Assembly (NCBI GenBank): GCA_963663275.1
Contig: OY760183.1
Location: forward strand, 1,824,001-1,888,000
Direction of reading: 5' to 3'
DNA: 64,000 bases
Origin: Chloroflexota bacterium
Lineage (GTDB): Bacteria > Chloroflexota > UBA11872 > VXOZ01
The notes below the pieces were generated by a model. It was not told where the DNA came from and searched no databases. It was given only the letters and a program-made list of their open reading frames with translations. Each line of letters starts with the position of its first letter. Position 1 is the stretch's first letter. This document shows positions 1 to 8,448 of the stretch, in pieces. Both the position numbers and the translations under genes were made by a program.

Positions 1-16
1 GGGAAGAGGTGAGCCC

Positions 17-1204
17 ATGAAGATTCGCGCGGTAGAGGCGGTACCGTTGGCGTGGCCGACGCCTCACGGCAAGGGCGAGCGAGTTTCGGACTACGGGCCG
101 CACGACGAAGCCCACGCGGTCATTGTGCGCATAGAGACCGACGACGGGCTGGTGGGCCACGGGGAGGTGCATCCCGGCTATGGCTACACCCGGGGCGCGT
201 GCCACTCGCTCAAGGCCATTGTGGAGCAAGAACTGGGGCCGGAAATCATTGGCGAAGACCCCACGCGGCCGGAGTACGTCTGGGAGAAGATGTACAACGG
301 GCCGCGCCTGGGCATCGCGCTCACCTACGGCCAGAGCGCGCCGCGCATGGGCCGCCGGGGCGTGACGGTCTGTGCCATGGGCGGCATCGACATGGCGCTG
401 TGGGACATCTTCGCCCGCTCGCTCGGCGCGCCGATCTATAAGGTGCTTGGCGGCGGCTATCGCTCCCGCCTGCCGACCTACGCCAGCGGCGGCCACGCGG
501 CCGCGGACGGGGCCGGCGAGGAGGCGCTGGCGTATGTGGCGCGGGGCTTTCGCGCCGTGAAGATGCGGGTGGGCGCAATGGACGCGCCGCGCATTGTGCG
601 GGACGGCATTGCGCGCATTCGCGCCGTGCGCGACGCGATCGGGCCGAACAGGCGGCTGATGCTCGACGCCCACGGTTCGCTCAACGAGTCACAGGCCATC
701 CGTTTGGCGCAGGCGGCGGAGGAGTACGACATCGACTGGTTCGAGGAGCCGGTGAGCAGCGACAACTGGCGCGGCATGAGCCGCGTGCGGCAAGCTACGT
801 CAATCCCCATTTCGACCGGAGAGAACGACTTCACCCACTTCGACTTTCGCGACATCATCGCGCGCGAGGCGGCGGACATTCTGCAACCGGACCTGGCGGT
901 GGTCGGCGGCTTTACGGCGGCGCGGCGCATCGGCACGCTGGCCCACGCCGCCAACCTGCAAGTCGCGCCCCACATCTGGGGCTCGGCGCTGCTCTTCTAC
1001 GCCAGCTTGCAACTGGCGGCGGCCCTGCCCAATTGCCCGATTATCGAGTTTCGCCAGGGCGGCAATCCGCTCTTTACCGAACTGATAACGCCGCCGCCCG
1101 CGATCGACGGCGAGGGCTGCGTGACGATACCCGACAGCCCGGGCCTGGGCGTGGACATCGACCTGGAAGCGGCCAAGCGCAAGTTCCCGTTCGAGCGGGT
1201 GTAG
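17..1204 (+). CDS. Mandelate racemase/muconate lactonizing enzyme (enolase superfamily)
   Basis: RBS GAGGTG upstream; motifs GIDMALWDI, VKMR (KxR), MLDAH, WFEEP, TGEN, PHIWG, PGLG. Confidence 0.9.
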   Translation: MKIRAVEAVPLAWPTPHGKGERVSDYGPHDEAHAVIVRIETDDGLVGHGEVHPGYGYTRGACHSLKAIVEQELGPEIIGEDPTRPEYVWEKMYNGPRLGIALTYGQSAPRMGRRGVTVCAMGGIDMALWDIFARSLGAPIYKVLGGGYRSRLPTYASGGHAAADGAGEEALAYVARGFRAVKMRVGAMDAPRIVRDGIARIRAVRDAIGPNRRLMLDAHGSLNESQAIRLAQAAEEYDIDWFEEPVSSDNWRGMSRVRQATSIPISTGENDFTHFDFRDIIAREAADILQPDLAVVGGFTAARRIGTLAHAANLQVAPHIWGSALLFYASLQLAAALPNCPIIEFRQGGNPLFTELITPPPAIDGEGCVTIPDSPGLGVDIDLEAAKRKFPFERV

Positions 1205-1289
1205 GGCCGATTACATTAGCCTTGCGCCGGCATGAGGCCGCCGGGATTACACGCTCCCAGCGCGCGTCGTGTATCCTGTACGCGGGAAA

Positions 1290-1330
1290 GTCCCCTCTCC
1301 CTCGAGGGAGAGGGTTAGGGTGAGGGTGAA
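1290..1330. repeat. Palindromic repeat family C (CCCTCACCC(T/C)(AA/GG)CCCTCTCCC-N-GGGAGAGGG)
   Basis: Other copies at ~3253-3290, 8287-8322, 12937-12960, 42461-42496, 48530-48565, 48822-48858, 48917-48952, 51440, 54925-55075. Confidence 0.85.
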
Positions 1331-1409
1331 TTCCCAATGATGTCGCGTTAAAGAGTAATGCATTCCACTGTCTCTCCAAATCTTGAGAAATCGACGAGCA
1401 TGCGCACAG

Positions 1410-1502
1410 CTGTTCGCCTTGAGCCTGTCGAAAGGTGAACGGCGGGTTGGTTGTAGCGCACTATACTACCCGTTCATACTTCGACAGGCTCAGCACGAAC
1501 GG
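1410..1502. repeat. Palindromic repeat family E (GTTCGC..TGAGCCTGTCGAA ... TTCGACAGGCTCAG..CGAACG)
   Basis: Inverted pair here; related copies at 30460-30572 (three in tandem) and 31130-31203 (interrupted). Confidence 0.8.
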
Positions 1503-1609
1503 GTAGTACAGTGCTCATCAGTTCTAAGCGACAACATTGGCGTGAATCCCCGCTATTCGGCACAATCAAGCAGGTTTGGCGAAAGCCTCACGAGAGGGAA
1601 GAAACAGCC

Positions 1610-3055
1610 TTGGCAACCTTAACGGGCACGATACACGACGCGGCTACCGGCAGCCGGCTGGCGGCAAAGGTCTCGGTGCAGGGCAGTCACGGCCTCTTCC
1701 TGGCGCCGGAAAACAGCCTGGAGACCGTCGGCACCACCAATCCGTTCTTCTATTGCGACGGCGCGTTCACGTTGGAGGGGCCGCGCGGCCAAGCGGACGT
1801 GCGCGTGGAGCGCGGCACGGAGTACGCGCCGCTGGAAATGACCGTAGACCTTCCTCCTAGCGGCGCGGTAAACCTGGAATTGCCGCTCCAACGCTGGATC
1901 AGCCTGCCGAAGCAGGGACTCTACCCCGGCAATACCCACATTCACTACCGGGAGTTCGAGACCCGGCCGGAAGAGCGCCTGCGCTTCGATTCCACGGTGG
2001 AAGACTTGACCGTCACCATCGTCAGCGTGCTCCAGCGTGAAGAGCTGGAATACGCTACCAACCGTCTTCCGGTGGGAGAGATGGAGCATCCCACCGCGCC
2101 GGGCCACGTGCTGGACGTGGGCGAAGAGACCCGCCACAATAGCGCGATGGGAGACATCGGCTACGGCCACGTGATGCTGGTGCGGCTGCAAGAACAGGTC
2201 GAGCCGCTCAGCCGGGGCGTGCTGGTGGACGAGTCCGCGCCCGACTACCCGCCGCTCATCGACGCCTGCGCCGCGGCCCAGGAGCAAGGCGGCGTGGCGA
2301 TCTGGTGCCACAACGGCCAGGGCATGGAAGCGCCCATCGCCGCCGGTCTGGGGCGGCTGGACGCGCTCAATCTCTTCGATCCCTACTGGCTGGACCCGGA
2401 GTACGACCTGTGGTACCACCTGCTCAATTGCGGCTTTCACCTGCCGGTGAGCACCGGCTCCGATTGGTTCGTGTGCTCGGCCAACCGGGTGTACGTGCAG
2501 CTTGAGGATTCATTCTCCTACGACACGTGGCTCAAAGGACTGAAAAGCGGGGCCACGTTTATCACCAACGGCCCGTCGCTAGCTTTGCGCGTGGCCGGCC
2601 AGTTGCCGGGCGCGGTGGTGGACTTGCGCGCGAGCCGGCGCAAGCAGGTGAACGCCTTCGTCCGCTGGCAAGCCCTGCGGCCGGTGCAGCGCATCGAGCT
2701 TGTCTGCAACGGGGAGGTGGTGGCGCGCGAGGAGTATAGCGAGGGTCTGCGCGAAGGCGTGCTGCGTGCCCGCCTGGCGGTGCCCAACGATAGCTGGATT
2801 GCGGCGCGCTGCTGGGGACGCCAACGCGATAGTTACGGCCACTCTCAATGGGCGCACACCAGCCCGGTCTACGTGGAAGCGGGCGGCCCGAACCCGGCGG
2901 CGCGGGCTTCCGGCGAGTTCTTCGTGGAGGAGATCGAGCGGGCCATCGAGTGGATTACGACCAAGGGCCGCTTCGAGCACGACGACCACCGGCAACGCAT
3001 GGTGGAGATCTTCAACGCCGGCCGGGAACAGTACGAGCGCCTGGCGCGGGGCTAA
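1610..3055 (+). CDS. CehA/McbA-type PHP-fold metallohydrolase
   Basis: TTG start at 1610 after GAGAGGGAAG; motifs VERGTEY, GNTHIH, IWCH, STGSDW, FITNGP, AHTSPVYV. Confidence 0.8.
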   Translation: MATLTGTIHDAATGSRLAAKVSVQGSHGLFLAPENSLETVGTTNPFFYCDGAFTLEGPRGQADVRVERGTEYAPLEMTVDLPPSGAVNLELPLQRWISLPKQGLYPGNTHIHYREFETRPEERLRFDSTVEDLTVTIVSVLQREELEYATNRLPVGEMEHPTAPGHVLDVGEETRHNSAMGDIGYGHVMLVRLQEQVEPLSRGVLVDESAPDYPPLIDACAAAQEQGGVAIWCHNGQGMEAPIAAGLGRLDALNLFDPYWLDPEYDLWYHLLNCGFHLPVSTGSDWFVCSANRVYVQLEDSFSYDTWLKGLKSGATFITNGPSLALRVAGQLPGAVVDLRASRRKQVNAFVRWQALRPVQRIELVCNGEVVAREEYSEGLREGVLRARLAVPNDSWIAARCWGRQRDSYGHSQWAHTSPVYVEAGGPNPAARASGEFFVEEIERAIEWITTKGRFEHDDHRQRMVEIFNAGREQYERLARG

Positions 3056-3189
3056 GAGTTTCGGGATTGGCGTGGTGGTTATCGTTTTTCCGGTGAAGAG
3101 CCTGCGTCCGTGAGTCCAGCCCGGGGGGCGGTATCCTGCGAGCCGGGTGCGGCGCCGTTCAGCAGGTTGCGCAAGCCTCCTACCCCAGC

Positions 3190-3247
3190 GTAGACGCAAA
3201 AGGTGTAGGGGCACGACATGTCGTGCCCCTACACCTTTTGCGTCTAC
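3190..3247. repeat. Perfect 58-bp palindrome built on a GTAGGGGC...GCCCCTAC REP-like core (family F)
   Basis: gtagacgcaaaaggtgtaggggcacgacatgtcgtgcccctacaccttttgcgtctac equals its own reverse complement. Confidence 0.95.
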
Positions 3248-3327
3248 ATTGCCCCCTCACCCCGGCCCTCTCCCCAGGGAGAGGGAGTCCATCGCGCTTG
3301 GTTGGGGTGCGCGTCTGCGGTTCTGGC

Positions 3328-4317
3328 CTAGAGCGCCAGTGTGCGGCCTTGGCGGGCGGCTTCGCGGGCGATGAGCACGGCGCGGGTCGAGTCAAGCGCG
3401 TCCTGGGCGGTTGCGATGGTGGGTGTTTGACCCCGGATGCGGCGCACGAGGTCTTGGCCGCTGGAATCCGGACGGTTGCGGCCAAATTGCACGTGCACGC
3501 GCGGTTCGTCGTGCCGCCAGTAGAGCAGGTCGCTGAAGTGCAGGCTGCGCACCTCAGCCGCGCCTTCCGTGCCGGTGAGGAAGAAGCGGCAATCCCACGG
3601 CGTGTTGCGGGGCGTGAGCCAGTCGGCCTCGATGGTGGCAATAATGCCGGAATCCAGCGCAAACATGGCGTGCGCCACGTCGTTGAAACCCGGATATTGC
3701 AGCCAGCGGCGCTGCACGTGGTGCGCCGTCACCGACTGCACGCTGGCGCCGGAATACCAGCGCGCCAGGTCGATGTCGTGAATCATGAGATCGACGATAA
3801 TCCCGCCCTCTTTGCTTTCCTCCAGCATCCACGGCTCGCGCTCGGCCAGGGCGAACTCGTGGGGCCGCGTGGCGACGCAACCGGCAATTTCGCCCAGGAA
3901 ACCGGCATCCACGAGCTCTTTGAGGCGCGCGAACGGCGGGCCGAAGCGTTCGGTGACCATCATCTGCAACTCGGACGCGCTCGACCGCAGCGCTTCCTCA
4001 ACGCGGGCCAGGTCTTCCAGTTCGATGACCATCGGCTTGTCCACCAGCACGTGCACGTTGCGCTCCAGGCATGACAGGATCGCCCCGGCCTTTTCATGGT
4101 GGGCGTTGCAGATGGTGGCGAGGTCGGGCCGCAACGCGTCCAGCATCTCGTCGTGGTCGGCGTAGATGGGCACGCTGTACTGCTGGGCGACTTCGGCGCG
4201 CCGCTGCGGGTCGCTTTCGGCGATGCCGACGAGTTCCGTGTCACCGGCGGCGAGGATTTCCTGAATCGCGCCGGGGCCGTGAATGTGGATGCCGATTGCG
4301 GCAAAACGCAGTTGCAT
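3328..4317 (-). CDS. Gfo/Idh/MocA family oxidoreductase
   Basis: Start MQLRFAAIG after GAGGAG; VLVDKPM; GGIIVDLMIHDIDL. Confidence 0.9.
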   Translation of the reverse strand: MQLRFAAIGIHIHGPGAIQEILAAGDTELVGIAESDPQRRAEVAQQYSVPIYADHDEMLDALRPDLATICNAHHEKAGAILSCLERNVHVLVDKPMVIELEDLARVEEALRSSASELQMMVTERFGPPFARLKELVDAGFLGEIAGCVATRPHEFALAEREPWMLEESKEGGIIVDLMIHDIDLARWYSGASVQSVTAHHVQRRWLQYPGFNDVAHAMFALDSGIIATIEADWLTPRNTPWDCRFFLTGTEGAAEVRSLHFSDLLYWRHDEPRVHVQFGRNRPDSSGQDLVRRIRGQTPTIATAQDALDSTRAVLIAREAARQGRTLAL

Positions 4318-4333
4318 GGTCAGTCTCCTCGGA

Positions 4334-4357
4334 GCGGGGGACAAGCCCCCGCGCTAC
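4334..4357. repeat. GTAG-type REP family A (GTAGCGCGGGGGCTTGTCCCCCGC)
   Basis: Near-identical copies at 10232-10255, 11368-11391, 14543-14566, 30644-30667, 30850-31030 (x4), 33657-33679, 33717-33740, 51128-51151, 53752-53775. Confidence 0.9.
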
Positions 4358-4388
4358 GTGTCGTGCGGGCGGCGCAGAGACCGCAAAT

Positions 4389-5471
4389 TTACAATACCGG
4401 CGGCGTGCGGGGCGTGATCGCCCGTCTCTCCCTTATCGACTCATACGCCGCTTCTACCAAATACAACGTCCGCAGATTGTCGGCACCGCTGTTCATGGGT
4501 TCGCGGTCTTCGTGGATGGCGGCGAAGAGTTCGGCCATGGGGCCTACCATGGCGTCCGGTATCCACTTGCCCCGCAATTCCGGGGTGATCCAATCTTCAC
4601 CATACCGGTGGCTGCGATAAGAGAGTGTATCCTCCCGCCCATAGGGGAAGTTGTAGAAGACGCCGAGTTCGCCTTTGGCCACGCCGGCCGTGCCTTCGAA
4701 GCGGTAGGTGGCGTGGGTGTCGTCGTCCCAGACGCCGGCGTGGTTCAGCAGCAGGCCGCGCGCGCCGCCGGGCCAGGCCAACGTGATTACCGCCGAGGTC
4801 TCGCCCTTGATGCGTTCGTCGCCGGCGTGGAAGCCATCGGCGAAGAGCCACGCCGGTTCGCCCAGGATGAAGCGCACGACGTCCAGGAAGTGAATGGCGT
4901 CCTCGACAATGAGCACGCGGGGGCGGTTCCAAAGCCACGGCCACAACTCCCAGCGCAACGGGCCGACCCGATCGATCTGCGCGTAGGTCAGGTCGCCCAG
5001 GTCGCCGCGCTCCTTCAGGGCGTAGACGGAGCGGAAGGCCTGGTCCCAGCGGCCGTTCTGGTTCACCGCCAGGCGCACACCGGCCTTGGCGGCGTCCCGC
5101 ACCATAGATTCCGCCTTGGCAATGTCATAGGTAAGGGGCTTCTGGCAGAGCACGTGCTTGCCGGCGGCGATGGCGGCATCCACGAGCGGCGGATGGCTGA
5201 TGGTGGGCGTGGCAATGTCCACCACGTCAACCAGAGGCGAGTCCAGGAGCGCCTCCAGGGAAGGAAAGGCCGTCGTGCCAAAGTCCGCCGCCAGCGACTC
5301 CGCTTTCGCGGCGTCTTCATCATAGATGCCCGCCACGCTGAAGCCAGCGCTGCGATACGCCGGCAGATGCCCGGCGCGCGCGATGCTGCCCGCGCCCACC
5401 ACGCCGATGCCGTAGTCGCGCTTGGGCGGGAGATGGGGCCGGTAGTCGAGCGGCTCAGGCGCAAGAGTCAT
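4389..5471 (-). CDS. Gfo/Idh/MocA family oxidoreductase
   Basis: VVGAGSIA Rossmann motif, KHVLCQKP, NQNGRW, AIHFLD. Confidence 0.9.
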   Translation of the reverse strand: MTLAPEPLDYRPHLPPKRDYGIGVVGAGSIARAGHLPAYRSAGFSVAGIYDEDAAKAESLAADFGTTAFPSLEALLDSPLVDVVDIATPTISHPPLVDAAIAAGKHVLCQKPLTYDIAKAESMVRDAAKAGVRLAVNQNGRWDQAFRSVYALKERGDLGDLTYAQIDRVGPLRWELWPWLWNRPRVLIVEDAIHFLDVVRFILGEPAWLFADGFHAGDERIKGETSAVITLAWPGGARGLLLNHAGVWDDDTHATYRFEGTAGVAKGELGVFYNFPYGREDTLSYRSHRYGEDWITPELRGKWIPDAMVGPMAELFAAIHEDREPMNSGADNLRTLYLVEAAYESIRERRAITPRTPPVL

Positions 5472-5538
5472 GGCGTTGTCCTTTGGAGGCAATCATGTTG
5501 TTTTCTGGGTGGCTGCGCGCCTGCGGCGCGGCGTTGGC

Positions 5539-5720
5539 GCAGGTTACAAACCAACGCTACCGGAGTTGACGCTGCAAGCCCGCGCTGCCGCGCGGCGGTG
5601 TGCAGGTTACAAACCTACGCTACCGGAGTTGGCGCTGCAAGCCCGCGCCGTCAGCAGGCGGTGCGCAGGTTACAAACCTACGCTACCGGAGTTGACGTAG
5701 CAATCCTCCGCTACCGGCAG
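5539..5720. repeat. Three tandem 63-bp units, each with REP family B (GCAGGTTACAAACCT(A/G)CGCTACC)
   Basis: Units start at 5539, 5602, 5665; family B also at ~10170, 11428, 14609, 14640, 33594, 33800, 40211, 40250, 51058, 55091, 55146. Confidence 0.9.
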
Positions 5721-5765
5721 ACGGCGCTGCGGACTGCGCGACCGGTCAACTGCATTCCGTGTCAA

Positions 5766-6974
5766 TTATAGCCAGTGGGCGAACGGCCACAAGGTTGCCG
5801 ACCGGGTGAACGGCGCGTCGAGCAGGGCATCCGTTTCCGTAATGGGATCGTGGCCGTAGCGGCGCAGGAACTCCGCCTCGATTTTTTCCTCCAGCGCCGT
5901 CGGTTCCGTCAAGGGCAAGTCAACCCACGTGTTGCCGCGGTCCGCGCTCTCCCGCACCGCCAGGCAGAGTTCGTAGTCCCGCAGCCCGTTTTCCACGCCG
6001 TACCGGGGCTGGCCGCCGGCTGTGATCGCATGGTGGAAACTTGTCAGAATGTCCGCCTTGGAAACATCGTCAGGCGAGCCGATGCCGTAATCCAGGTATG
6101 GATTCCGCCACACCACCGGCGGGTCGGTGGCGACGGAGAGTGAACCGAGCACTCTCTCGCCGTTTTGCTCCGTATAGCGCTCCTCAATGGGATAGGCCTG
6201 AGACCGGCCATCCGCGTATTGCGCGAATACGTCGCGGTCGAGATTCCCCTTCGTGCCTTCGATCTGCCAGCCCACAGGAAAAGGGAGATGCGGAAAGACG
6301 CGCGGCGGCTTCTCAAAGAGGCACGCCACGCCGTTGGCAAACTCGATAACGCCGGAGTCCCACTTGAGCGAGCGTTCCGTCTCGCCGCCGTAGGCCGTAT
6401 ACGGTTCGGTCGGCACTTCGCCGCAGTAGCCAAGCAAACGAGTAGCCGGGGAGCCAACCAGGGCGCGAATGCCACTGAAACCGTGGTATTGGCCGGTCTG
6501 GTACCAGAGGCGGGCGTGGGTGACTTCGCCGAGCAGGCCGGCGCCGATGATCTGCCGTTTGAGGCGCTCCCTGGGCCAGAGCCAGACTTGCTCCGCCACC
6601 TCCCAGAGCACGCCGTTCTCGCGGCAGGTCGCGGCAATTGCGTGGGCGTGCCGCCGCGTGAGCGCCACCGGGATTTCCGTGATAACGTGGCAGCCGCGGC
6701 GGGCGGCGGTGAGCGCCATGACGATATGAGAGTCTTTCGGGGCAAGGCTGAGCACGACGTCCGGCTGCTCGTCAGCGAAGAGAGAGCGCGCGTCGGCATA
6801 TTGACCGGGAATGCCGTACTGCGCCCCCACCTGCGCCAGCACGTCGGCGTTGCGGTCGCAGACGGCGGCCAGTTCGTAATGGTCGGTGAGGCGCGCAATC
6901 GTCGCCAGGAAGTGCCGCGCCCGCGAGCCGGGGTCCGCGCCGACGCCGATAACGGCAATGCGGAGTTTCTTCAT
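5766..6974 (-). CDS. Atypical Gfo/Idh/MocA family oxidoreductase (EIP in place of EKP); paralog of 55202-56410
   Basis: MKKLRIAVIGVG, HVITEIP, WEVAEQVWLWP; shares these motifs with 55202-56410. Confidence 0.85.
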   Translation of the reverse strand: MKKLRIAVIGVGADPGSRARHFLATIARLTDHYELAAVCDRNADVLAQVGAQYGIPGQYADARSLFADEQPDVVLSLAPKDSHIVMALTAARRGCHVITEIPVALTRRHAHAIAATCRENGVLWEVAEQVWLWPRERLKRQIIGAGLLGEVTHARLWYQTGQYHGFSGIRALVGSPATRLLGYCGEVPTEPYTAYGGETERSLKWDSGVIEFANGVACLFEKPPRVFPHLPFPVGWQIEGTKGNLDRDVFAQYADGRSQAYPIEERYTEQNGERVLGSLSVATDPPVVWRNPYLDYGIGSPDDVSKADILTSFHHAITAGGQPRYGVENGLRDYELCLAVRESADRGNTWVDLPLTEPTALEEKIEAEFLRRYGHDPITETDALLDAPFTRSATLWPFAHWL

Positions 6975-6976
6975 TG

Positions 6977-7903
6977 TCACGCGCCGCCAGTCTCGTTCAG
7001 GAAGGTCTCAAAGAGCGCCAGCGGCTGCGAGAGGCTCTCGTCGAGTGCCGTGACGACCAGCCGCGCCCGCGCCGTGCGTGCGACGCCCGGCTCCAACGCG
7101 CCGCCAAAGAGCGAGAGGTAGAGCGGATTGTGCTTGTGAAAGCGGTCCCGCGCGTCGGGGCTGTCGTAGCCGCTGGAAACCGCGAAGCAATCCTCAGGGC
7201 GCGACATGAGCACGGCGGCCACGCGCTGCTGGCGGTCGGCCTGGAAGCAGACGGGGACCTTGTAGCGCCGCACCGGGGAGAAGCGGGCAATGTCCCGCCA
7301 GCGCCCGTCCACGCTGACGCCGACAGCGTCCTCATCGCGGGGATAGACCAGGACGCCGCCGCGAAAGACAGGATTGACGTTCACCGGCGTCAGTTCCGGC
7401 TCATCGCCAAAGCGGCCCGGTTCGTCCTCTAACTCAAAGCGGTCCCGCGCCAGGTAGACGTGCGGCACGTGGGCCGGATCGAAGTAGCAGGCGAGCAAGG
7501 CCTCGAAGTCGCGCGCCTCCCCGTTGGGCGTGACGGTAACGGTCATGTCGATCGTGGCCGGTTCCAGGATTGCGTAGCGAATGGACACCACAGGATGCGC
7601 GGGGTCTTGCAGCGCCCAGCGCAGCGTAACACTGTTGGCGTCGGCTGCTACGTCGCGCTCGCCCTGGCGGGGATTGCCGAGGTCGCTGTCCATGCCGGTA
7701 GCCCCGGACGCCGCCCGGTGCATGAAGCGGTACAGGTTGAGAATGGCGTAGAGCGGATGGACAAACTCCACGCCGGTGGCCTTGTGCACCAAATGCGTCA
7801 GCCCGTGATGGGGAAACTCGTTGCCCGGGCGCAGGGCGCCCTGTATCTCAGCCGTCTCGAACGCATAGACCTTTTCATCCGGACGGTAATCCAGGTCAGC
7901 CAT
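6977..7903 (-). CDS. Hypothetical protein (308 aa); paralog of 56444-57352
   Basis: RBS AAAGGAA; shares RVAAVLMSRPEDCFAV.SGY and NPLYLSLFG with 56444-57352. Confidence 0.8.
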   Translation of the reverse strand: MADLDYRPDEKVYAFETAEIQGALRPGNEFPHHGLTHLVHKATGVEFVHPLYAILNLYRFMHRAASGATGMDSDLGNPRQGERDVAADANSVTLRWALQDPAHPVVSIRYAILEPATIDMTVTVTPNGEARDFEALLACYFDPAHVPHVYLARDRFELEDEPGRFGDEPELTPVNVNPVFRGGVLVYPRDEDAVGVSVDGRWRDIARFSPVRRYKVPVCFQADRQQRVAAVLMSRPEDCFAVSSGYDSPDARDRFHKHNPLYLSLFGGALEPGVARTARARLVVTALDESLSQPLALFETFLNETGGA

Positions 7904-8228
7904 CTACTCGCCGTTCCTTTCGTGTCATTGGTGCTGAAACGGGTGATCCGCTTACGCCGTAGTGTGCCTCATACCCGCAATCACGCGCGCGACGATACTC
8001 CTTCCCTGCGCAGGCGGGGCACGCCACGGGAGAGCGTAAGGCGCAGCGAAGGCGCACGCGAGCGAACACGGATAGGGCCGCACCGCGATCGGCGCGGCCT
8101 CACCCGCTCGATGCGCATTAGCTGTAGCGTCAGAGGCTACGGCTCACCGGCCGCAGCCTCTGACGTTTCTCCTACAGTGCGTCGTGTGCTAGGCCAAGCG
8201 CCGCGTTAGCGTGCACTACGCCGCTTAT

Positions 8229-8356
8229 GAGACCTTTGCGTCACTCTACCGGACAGTGCGAATTGGGTACGATCGGCGCCGGCTTTCCCCTCACCCTAAC
8301 CCTCTCCCTGTGGGAGAGGGGACTTTCGCCTCTCAGTGAATTTTCGCAAAGGTCTC
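8229..8356. mobile_element. Putative MITE with 12-bp perfect TIR GAGACCTTTGCG, carrying a family C repeat
   Basis: GAGACCTTTGCG (8229-8240) and CGCAAAGGTCTC (8345-8356); resembles the GAGACCTTTGC ends of IS1106 (IS5 family). Confidence 0.6.
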
Positions 8357-8388
8357 CCCAGGGAGAGGGAGTTTATTCGCCTACCGGC

Positions 8389-8448
8389 CTGGTTATGCAA
8401 AGCTCCCCCTGGTTACGCAAAGCTCCCCTTGGATACGCAAAGTTACCC
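8389..8448. repeat. Three tandem 20-bp units
   Basis: ctggttatgcaaagctcccc / ctggttacgcaaagctcccc / ttggatacgcaaagttaccc. Confidence 0.8.

Noticed and set aside
5539-5720. CRISPR-like 63-bp period
   Set aside because: Only three units, with homologous linkers; the core is the dispersed REP family B
4071-5771. 566-aa plus-strand ORF and similar long shadow ORFs (8496-10007, 10102-11724, 46444-48723, 15516-16754)
   Set aside because: Antisense to well-supported genes, no recognisable motifs; expected in high-GC DNA
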